Of a DNA stretch of 32,000 nt, positions 26,276-32,000 are shown piece after piece (the first letter of the stretch is position 1; every line of letters starts with the position of its first letter). Where the stretch lies: contig NC_010296.1 in NCBI RefSeq assembly GCF_000010625.1, positions 360,001 to 392,000 of the forward strand, in the 5' to 3' direction. The notes beneath the pieces are model-generated. The model saw only the letters and a program-made list of their open reading frames with translations. It was not told the origin of the DNA and searched no databases. Source of the stretch: Microcystis aeruginosa NIES-843. Its GTDB lineage: Bacteria; Cyanobacteriota; Cyanobacteriia; Cyanobacteriales; Microcystaceae. Both the position numbers and the translations under genes were made by a program.

Positions 26276-26560
26276 ATGTTAAGCAAAGAAACCACCTACT
26301 CTCAGGCGAGAATGAATTTAGCCAGTATCTTAGATCAGGTGTGTGACGAATCTCAAATTATCGTCATTAAGCGTCGCAATCAGAAAAATGTGGCGTTAAT
26401 TGCTGAAGATGAGCTTTCCAGTTTATTAGAGTGTGTTTATTTATTGCGATCTCCGGAAAATGCCCAACGCTTATTTCGCTCTTTAGCATGGACCCAGACA
26501 GAAGATGCAACTCCTCAAACATTAGCTGAATTGAAAGAGGAGTTAGGAATTGAGTCCTAA
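26276..26560 (+). CDS. yefM: Phd/YefM-family type II antitoxin (copy 3)
   Basis: 94 aa, near-identical to copies 1 and 2. Confidence 0.85.
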   Translation: MLSKETTYSQARMNLASILDQVCDESQIIVIKRRNQKNVALIAEDELSSLLECVYLLRSPENAQRLFRSLAWTQTEDATPQTLAELKEELGIES

Positions 26561-26597
26561 AAGAGAAAATAAGCCAGATAAACCTAAAAACAATCCT
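26550..26597 (+). pseudogene. yoeB: 16-codon 5' stub of yoeB (copy 3)
   Basis: Homology with copies 1 and 2 stops after ..aaaaacaatcct. The sequence then jumps into the inverted PIN-like gene. Confidence 0.8.
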
Positions 26598-26748
26598 CAA
26601 TAGTACCTGGAACTGAATAACCTAATCCTGTCATTTCTTCATAAACAGCTACTGGAATAATAATTGTTCCATAAATATCATGGAGCAAGTTAAGATAGCC
26701 GATAGCAGCTAAACTGGTAATAGGAGAGGTGTTACTAACAACAATCAC
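26598..26748 (-). pseudogene. 5' fragment (about 50 codons) of the DUF3368 PIN-like toxin
   Basis: Collinear with 21857-22007 of the full-length copy. The 3' two-thirds are deleted. Confidence 0.8.
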
Positions 26749-26990
26749 AGATCACCTAAAGTTTTTAAGGTTTCTAATTCTTGTTGCCAATCTACACTAT
26801 CATAATTTACGCAAATATTCCTCTTGGCGATTTCTTGACGAAATTCAATTAAAGATAAGTTGGCAAAATCAGCCGCTTTTGCGCTACTGATATGATAATC
26901 TCTAAACATAATGATTGCCAGTTCTAGTCGCAACAGTTGCTCGTTTTTTCCTGTTGCTTGTATAATTTCGTTGGGAATCACAATAGTCAT
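26745..26990 (-). CDS. UPF0175-family antitoxin (intact copy)
   Basis: 81 aa, MTIVIPNEIIQATGKNEQLLRLELAIIMFRDYHISSAKAADFANLSLIEFRQEIAKRNICVNYD. Confidence 0.75.
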   Translation of the reverse strand: MTIVIPNEIIQATGKNEQLLRLELAIIMFRDYHISSAKAADFANLSLIEFRQEIAKRNICVNYDSVDWQQELETLKTLGDL

Positions 26991-27082
26991 TGAATTTTAC
27001 GATATTAAACTGAGAGCCATTATTGTATCACAAAAACTACTTGCGAGCAATTAATTAAGAAAAATTAATGATTGGAAACACG

Positions 27083-27189
27083 GGCAAAAAAATAAACCCA
27101 CTCAAAATTGAATGAAGGAGCATTTATAGTATTTTTAGAGGCAATTTAGCCTACTTTTGTGGTTTCTTTTTCGGTGGATTGGCAGGATT
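27083..27189 (-). repeat. J2 junction element copy 6
   Basis: The sequence is ggcaaaaaaataaacccactcaaaattgaatgaaggagcatttatagtatttttagaggcaatttagcctacttttgtggtttctttttcggtggatt. It abuts the stop of the 27190 gene. Confidence 0.7.
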
Positions 27190-27429
27190 TTAGTTGGCCA
27201 TTGATAACAATGCCTCTTCTATTGGCTTTGGTAACTCAATAGGATGAAACCGATTCACAGAAAAAGCGTAATCTTCACCACTTTCATCAATAACCCGAAT
27301 TAGACCGTTTATTTCTGCTGTCTCATCAGGGACAACGCGGTATATTTTGCCCACCTCTAGTGAAGCTTCGTAGCCTTCATTATTGAGACAAACTGCGAAC
27401 TTATTTGTTGGAGATGACTCTATTTTCAT
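27190..27429 (-). CDS. Small conserved hypothetical protein (79 aa), second gene of an unclassified two-gene module
   Basis: MKIESSPTNKFAVCLNNEGYEASLEVGKIYRVVPDETAEINGLIRVIDESGEDYAFSVNRFHPIELP. The ATG is 2 nt after the upstream stop. A decayed second copy of its 3' end lies at 23545-23612. Confidence 0.6.
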   Translation of the reverse strand: MKIESSPTNKFAVCLNNEGYEASLEVGKIYRVVPDETAEINGLIRVIDESGEDYAFSVNRFHPIELPKPIEEALLSMAN

Positions 27430-27431
27430 GG

Positions 27432-27668
27432 TCAATCTAGAAACGGTAACTTGAGCTTAAATTCTTTTTTGCCGATGCCATGAGCTTCATACCAATGGAC
27501 TTCAGCTAACCTTACTATACCATTGGGAAGCTGAACTTGGGCTATGCCCTTTAATTTTCTCCATTTACCTTTGCCATACTGTTTTTGCAACCGTTCCCGA
27601 TTACGAATTCCTGTTCCTATGGCAATAATCTCGATATTCGTGATATCGCTGATAATCTCAAAGTCCAC
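27432..27668 (-). CDS. Small basic hypothetical protein (78 aa), first gene of the module
   Basis: MDFEIISDITNIEIIAIGTGIRNRERLQKQYGKGKWRKLKGIAQVQLPNGIVRLAEVHWYEAHGIGKKEFKLK. No named family recognised. Confidence 0.6.
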   Translation of the reverse strand: MDFEIISDITNIEIIAIGTGIRNRERLQKQYGKGKWRKLKGIAQVQLPNGIVRLAEVHWYEAHGIGKKEFKLKLPFLD

Positions 27669-27732
27669 GATCGAGCAAGCAATCTTAAAGAGTGGCCTTT
27701 CACTATAGCATCTATTGCCAAAAAAGAGATAT

Positions 27733-27768
27733 AAAAAAACAAAACCCCCTCAAGATTGATTGAAGGGG
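27733..27768 (-). terminator. Rho-independent terminator (part of J2 copy 7, 27733-27830)
   Basis: The minus strand has a 9-bp stem, CCCCTTCAA-tcaatc-TTGAGGGGG, followed by TTTTGTTTTTTTAT. Confidence 0.65.
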
Positions 27769-27793
27769 TATTTATGGTATTTTTAGAAACAAT

Positions 27794-28179
27794 TTAGCCG
27801 ACTTTTGTGGTTTCTTTTTCAGTGGATTTAGAGGGTTTTAGTTTGCGTTTGAGGGTTGAAGCTGCTCCTAGTGTGCCGAGGGTTAATAAGCTGATGACTG
27901 TAGAGGGTTCGGGTATACATTCTCCAACATCGAATGCAGGTACTAGGGCTTGTGATACATAGACTATTGAGTTAGGGTCACCCGTAAAAACTGATAAGTC
28001 ATATCCAGGAAGAAGGTTTGGAAGATCAGCTAACGTGGATGTTACATTCAAGAAGGAAGTATAAATTGTACCCGTTTTTCTCCCTATAAATAATTCATCA
28101 GAAAGAGGCACAATTTGAGGATCAATAGCATTAAAACCTGTTTGTAAAGGAACGTCGTCTGGATTACCAGATGGATTTA
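27794..28179 (-). pseudogene. C-terminal half of a PEP-CTERM protein gene split by IS630 copy 2
   Basis: Encodes ..NPSGNPDDVPLQ...CIPEPSTVISLLTLGTLGAASTLKRKLKPSKSTEKETTKVG*. The first ~16 codons of ORF 27794..28228 are IS sequence. Confidence 0.85.
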
Positions 28180-29213
28180 TAGCAATTCTCTGACTTATGA
28201 GGTACAGTAGCAACAGTGAGTAAACCAATTGCGAATATCTTTTTGAGTAACTTCTAACATAGCCAATTCAATCCCTTCTATTAAGTCTTTGTAAGTTCTC
28301 GCCTTCAGTTTTCTTAACGTCGCTTTCACTTTTGACCAAAAGTTTTCAATAGGAGAGAATTCGGGAGAATAAGGAGGTAAATAGATGAGTCTAGCTTTTT
28401 CTTGTTCGATTATTTCTCTGACCATTTCTCCGAGATGAATCTTGGCGTTATCCATGATCAGACAGTCTCCTTCTTTAATTTTTGGCAGCACTTCCTTTAG
28501 AATAAATCCTTCAAATGTTACCGCATCCACTGCACCGTATATGTTGACTGATGCGACAACTTTTTCTAAGCTTATAGCACTAATTATTGAAATATTTCTC
28601 CCTCTTTTTTGTGGTTTTCTTCCCCGAGCTCTTCGGCCAATTAAGGCTCTAGCATAGAGTCTCAAAAGGGCTAAATTTACCCCCGATTCATCGATGAAAA
28701 TTAGTTTTGATGCCTCAATTTCCCGAACTTCTGACCAGTATTCCACTCTTTTTTGCTGTACCCTGTCACTTTCTTTTTCCGCCGCGTGTAGTGTTTTTTT
28801 TTGAAACTGTAATTGAGTTTTTGCGTAAGCCGCCCCAGGGTGGCTCTACTGACTTTCACCTGTGTCTTTTCATACAGTAAGTCCGATAATTCTTCGAGAG
28901 TTGCATCATTGTTAGCTTCGATGATTTCTATTAAAATTATCAGTTGTTCACTATTTAACTTGGTTGGCGGACTTCCCCCTTGCGGACGAGGACGGATATC
29001 TCCTGTTTCTTTATGTTGCTTCAATAACTTCTGAATAAAGCTTTTAGCCACGTCAAATCTCTGGGCTAGTCCTCGAATGGAAATTTTTTCTTTCTTCCAG
29101 ACATCGATAATTTTTTGGCGAAAATCTACGGAATAGGGTCTCATAGGAAGCCGGTAAGTTCTATTATTTGTCTATTTGCTTTCCATTGTACCTCATAGCT
29201 CCAAGAATTGCTA
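28180..29213 (-). mobile_element. IS630-family insertion sequence (copy 2, apparently intact)
   Basis: The ~27-bp imperfect terminal inverted repeats are tagcaattct..tatgaggtaca at both ends. A TA duplication flanks it (28178-79 and 29214-15). Two overlapping transposase ORFs lie inside. Confidence 0.85.
28195..29144 (-). CDS. IS630/Tc1-mariner-type transposase made from two frames (-1 shift at an A9 run)
   Basis: OrfA (HTH, 28701..29144) and OrfB (DDE, 28195..28746) overlap. The -1 frame is open from the A9 run (T9 on the plus strand, 28794-28802), giving ..LNYSFKKK/TLHAAEKESDRVQQKRVEYWSEV.. Confidence 0.8.
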
Positions 29214-29546
29214 TAAGTCAAGAGACCAAACATCAGTCAACACAACTTGGCTATTAGGATCAACATTTCCTAGAGTTACTTTGATATCTATATATGTACT
29301 TGCGAATACTGGGACGGGAATTTTAATTGTAAAATCTCTGCTGTCTTTAATCCCACATTTAAAGCAAAGACCAAATTTTCCTAGGTCAACTCCCAAAAAA
29401 GTCTCCAAAGTAACTTTCTTACTTTCAAATACAAATCCTTTAAAATCTGGAAAAGGTCCAAGTTTTAAAGCAGATGCCGGTTGAGCTAGTAAGGCAAAGG
29501 ATACTGTACCTAAAAGACTACCTACAAAGACATTTCTACGATTCAT
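29214..29546 (-). pseudogene. N-terminal half of the PEP-CTERM protein gene split by IS630 copy 2
   Basis: It begins MNRRNVFVGSLLGTVSFALLAQPASA (signal peptide) and continues to ...VLTDVWSLDL, then runs into a TAG created by the IS end. The real start is ATG 29546, not 29645. Confidence 0.85.
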
Positions 29547-29592
29547 AAAATAAGCCTCAAATTTGTATGTAAGTGTGACAAAAACACAATAG

Positions 29593-29704
29593 ATCGAGCA
29601 ACAACCCAACCCAAGACACAAGGCAGACAATAGAACAATACACATTCCCCCCCCACAACTGTATTAAAAGCTACAATTTAATAAAGTCTTTATATTTTTC
29701 TCCC
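29593..29704 (+). repeat. J1 junction element, copy e
   Basis: The sequence is gatcgagcaacaacccaacccaagacacaaggcagacaatagaacaatacacattccccccccacaactgtattaaaagctacaatttaataaagtctttatatttttctccc. Confidence 0.7.
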
Positions 29705-29844
29705 TAGCTTAGGGGTTGACAGAGCAGGGAGTCTCAGGTGTTTTCCACTGTTTTACTCCTTCTCAGACGAACTATCCTCTTCCTTGAGTTATTGTGGCGC
29801 GGTCTGTCGGATTCGCCTTTGCGTTCATCTCTGTCTCGAAGTTG

Positions 29845-29873
29845 TTGAAGCAGATTCTCTATTTTGTTATAAT
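29845..29873 (+). promoter_or_regulatory. Candidate promoter of the 29893-30311 gene pair
   Basis: TTGAAG (29845-50), a 17-nt spacer, then TATAAT (29868-73). A GGGAGGG Shine-Dalgarno follows at ~29895. Confidence 0.4.
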
Positions 29874-29892
29874 TAGTGTCATTCGTTCGGTT

Positions 29893-30078
29893 TTGGGAGG
29901 GAAAAATATTCCGACACTTGCACAACTCTTACAATGTTATACCCTATCTTGTTGGGCAACAAGGTTTTATTTACCAATTAACTTAATAAGATTGGATGAG
30001 CGTACTAAAAATATTTTCATGTTAATTGGTGAAGGTATTGAGATTGAAATTAAACCTAATGGACAATGGATAAAATGA
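29893..30078 (+). CDS. Small cyanobacterial protein (about 61 aa), possibly DUF6888-like
   Basis: PTLAQLLQCYTLSCWATRFYLPINLIRLDERTKNIFMLIGEGIEIEIKPNGQWIK resembles, from memory, a cyanobacteria-restricted family. The start is uncertain (TTG 29893). The upstream part of ORF 29794 is probably non-coding. Confidence 0.45.
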   Translation: MGGKNIPTLAQLLQCYTLSCWATRFYLPINLIRLDERTKNIFMLIGEGIEIEIKPNGQWIK

Positions 30079-30311
30079 ATCAAAAACCTAATTTTAAAAC
30101 TATGACATCTCAAGAATTAAAAAGTTATGTATTATCTCATCGTGAGGATGACGAGGCTTTTTATGCTTATGTAGATAAGGTAAATGAAAGAAAAGATCGA
30201 GTAGTTTATCCACCTTTAAACTCATTAGAAGAACTGGAAAAATATCCCGAAGTTATTGAACAAATGCGTCAAGATTCCCGTCATAATTTTCAGCAAAATG
30301 AGTTAACTTAG
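30066..30311 (+). CDS. Small cyanobacterial protein (81 aa), possibly DUF6887-like
   Basis: KPNFKTMTSQELKSYVLSHREDDEAFYAYVDKV resembles, from memory, the family usually paired with the upstream one. It overlaps the upstream gene by 13 nt. Confidence 0.55.
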   Translation: MDKMNQKPNFKTMTSQELKSYVLSHREDDEAFYAYVDKVNERKDRVVYPPLNSLEELEKYPEVIEQMRQDSRHNFQQNELT

Positions 30312-30331
30312 ATACAGTGCGATCGCACTCT

Positions 30332-30456
30332 CTCGCAGTCAGGTCAAGCAATAGCCCAACCCAAGACAGAAGGAGGACAGTGAAAAATACACATTTTTTA
30401 CTCTAAGACTGTAGCCTAAGCTACAATTTAATAAATATTTACATTCCTCCTTTCTC
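30332..30456 (+). repeat. J1 junction element, copy f (island boundary next to asnS)
   Basis: The sequence is ctcgcagtcaggtcaagcaatagcccaacccaagacagaaggaggacag..aaaaatacacat..gactgtagcctaagctacaatttaataaatatttacattcctcc. No plus-strand gene follows it. Confidence 0.65.
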
Positions 30457-30477
30457 CTGTCGATCCTAGACATCATT

Positions 30478-31842
30478 CTAAAAGTCGGCACTTAAAGGGG
30501 TACGGGGGAAAGGAATCACATCGCGAATATTGGTCATTCCGGTCATGAATTGTACCAGACGCTCGAATCCTAAACCAAAACCAGCGTGGGGAACGGAACC
30601 GTAGCGACGCAGATCTAAATACCACCACAAATCATCGGGATTCATTCCCTGTTCCTGCATTCTTTGGATTAATACATCTAATCGTTCTTCCCGTTGGGAA
30701 CCGCCGATAATTTCGCCGATCTTGGGTGCTAAAATATCCATAGCGGAAACGGTTTTATTATTGTCATCTAGACGCATATAAAAAGCTTTGATTGTCTTGG
30801 GATAATTGGTGACAATCACGGGTTTTTTAAATAGTTCCTCCGCTAGATAACGTTCGTGTTCTGACTGTAAATCTACGCCCCATTCTACCGGAAACTCGAA
30901 CTGACGATCGGCTTTTTCTAATAACTCGATCGCTTCACTGTAGGTAATCCGGCCAAACTCACTATTAACGATATTCTCGGCCGTACTTAACACCGTTTTA
31001 TCGATACGTTCGTTAAAAAACTGCAAATCTTCGGGACAATTTTCTAAGACGAATTTAAAGATATATTTCAGAAAAGCTTCCGCTAAATCCTGATCTCCTT
31101 CCAGATCACAAAAAGCCATTTCCGGTTCCACCATCCAAAACTCGGCCAGATGACGGGAAGTATTAGAATTTTCGGCGCGAAAAGTCGGGCCAAAAGTGTA
31201 AACATTAGATAAAGCCATGGCCATTACTTCCGCTTGTAATTGTCCACTGACGGTTAAATAGGCCCGTTTACCAAAGAAATCCTCGGCAAAATTGGCGGGT
31301 TTTTTTAAATCTAAACTGGTGACAGTAAATAATTCCCCCGCACCTTCGCAGTCGTTAGCGGTAATAATGGGAGTATGTACCCAAATAAAGCCCTTTTCTT
31401 GGAAAAAACTGTGGATAGCGGTGGCGCAAGCGTTTCTAACCCGCATTACTGCCCCTAGGGTGTTGGTTCTTGCTCGCAGATGGGCAATAGTTCTTAGGAA
31501 TTCAAAGGAATGACGTTTCTTTTGTAGGGGATAATCCGGGGGACAGTCACCATAAAGGGTGATTTCGGCCGCTTTTAACTCGATATTTTGCCCTTTACCC
31601 GGGGAAGGAACCAAATTTCCCGAAACAGCGATCGCTGCTCCTGTACTAATTGTTTTTAGTACATTTTCATAATCGGGTAAAGTCGGTTCGAGGATAACTT
31701 GTAAGTTGGCTAGGGATGAGCCATCATTAACTTCCAGGAAAGTAAATTCTTTTAATTCTCGTTTTGTTCTCACCCAACCCTGCACGGTGACGGATTGATC
31801 GGGTTGTCCTGTTTGAAAGATTTCCTTGATTCTGGTAGTCAT
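30478..31842 (-). CDS. asnS: Asparagine--tRNA ligase
   Basis: 454 aa with an N-terminal OB fold and class II motifs, including [21 protein letters not shown] and GFGLGFERL. Confidence 0.9.
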   Translation of the reverse strand: MTTRIKEIFQTGQPDQSVTVQGWVRTKRELKEFTFLEVNDGSSLANLQVILEPTLPDYENVLKTISTGAAIAVSGNLVPSPGKGQNIELKAAEITLYGDCPPDYPLQKKRHSFEFLRTIAHLRARTNTLGAVMRVRNACATAIHSFFQEKGFIWVHTPIITANDCEGAGELFTVTSLDLKKPANFAEDFFGKRAYLTVSGQLQAEVMAMALSNVYTFGPTFRAENSNTSRHLAEFWMVEPEMAFCDLEGDQDLAEAFLKYIFKFVLENCPEDLQFFNERIDKTVLSTAENIVNSEFGRITYSEAIELLEKADRQFEFPVEWGVDLQSEHERYLAEELFKKPVIVTNYPKTIKAFYMRLDDNNKTVSAMDILAPKIGEIIGGSQREERLDVLIQRMQEQGMNPDDLWWYLDLRRYGSVPHAGFGLGFERLVQFMTGMTNIRDVIPFPRTPLSADF

Positions 31843-31884
31843 CGCTTATCCCTATGTTAGAACCAAAGAGTATTTTAACTGAAT

Positions 31885-31923
31885 GTCAGCAAAAGTCCCT
31901 CGCTTTTATGGACTTCTGCTGAC
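31885..31923. other. 14-bp inverted repeat (hairpin) upstream of asnS
   Basis: The sequence is gtcagcaaaagtcc-ctcgcttttat-ggacttctgctgac, with 13 of 14 positions complementary. Confidence 0.5.
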
Positions 31924-32000
31924 TTTGTATATAGACAATTCTCGAAAACCATGTTATCATAGTTATAGTTTCTTGATAACTCTTATGTACAAAGCGTACA

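Noticed and set aside
29734-29925. 63-aa minus-strand ORF and the first ~33 codons of ORF 29794..30078
   Set aside because: The products are low-complexity or Arg-rich. They overlap the candidate promoter of the 29893-30311 pair. Only the C-terminal part of 29794..30078 looks like a real small protein.
18715-30456. Possibility that the regularly recurring J1/J2 repeats are a CRISPR array
   Set aside because: The repeats are ~100 bp and imperfect. The intervening spacers are 0.3-2 kb and contain genes. No cas genes are present. This is not CRISPR.
17410-30470. Calling the island an integron or a CALIN
   Set aside because: There is no intI-like integrase, no recognisable attI, and J2 does not show the canonical attC R/L box organisation as far as I can see by eye. 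It is kept only as an analogy in the findings.
6141-31636. Many GCGATCGC octamers, for example at 6141, 6794, 6841, 7690, 10612, 12233, 13533, 17081, 18695, 26066, 30319 and 31629
   Set aside because: This is the HIP1 highly iterated palindrome typical of many cyanobacterial genomes. It is useful as a taxonomic hint but is not a locus-specific feature.

Overview
The window looks cyanobacterial and most resembles Microcystis, though that is inference only. The basis is many GCGATCGC (HIP1) palindromes, heptamer tandem repeats, PEP-CTERM proteins and a pilB-pilT-pilC cluster.

Bases 1-17300 are ordinary core genome. They carry a GT39-like membrane glycosyltransferase, the conserved rpmH-rnpA-PH-yidC-jag cluster (rpmH is missing from the ORF track), a glycogen debranching enzyme, a HAD hydrolase, grpE, pilB-pilT-pilC and a large fused radical-SAM protein.

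Bases ~17410-30470, between the radical-SAM gene and asnS, form a mosaic accessory island.
- It contains two IS630-family elements, two tiny MITEs and three PEP-CTERM genes or remnants.
- It contains about ten two-gene toxin-antitoxin-like modules: 3x yefM-yoeB, brnT-brnA, 3x UPF0175-DUF3368/PIN, an antitoxin-PIN pair, an antitoxin-RelE pair and two unclassified small pairs.
- The modules are separated by two recurrent conserved non-coding junction elements, which I call J1 (6 copies) and J2 (7 copies).

Most notable observations:
- The island has a cassette-array-like layout.
- All three yoeB toxins were destroyed by independent events while yefM and its TGTACA operator stay intact.
- A duplicated PIN/UPF0175 module shows reciprocal decay.
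- An IS630 insertion can be excised in silico to restore a PEP-CTERM gene.

All similarity statements come from reading the sequence by eye. No database search or alignment program was run.
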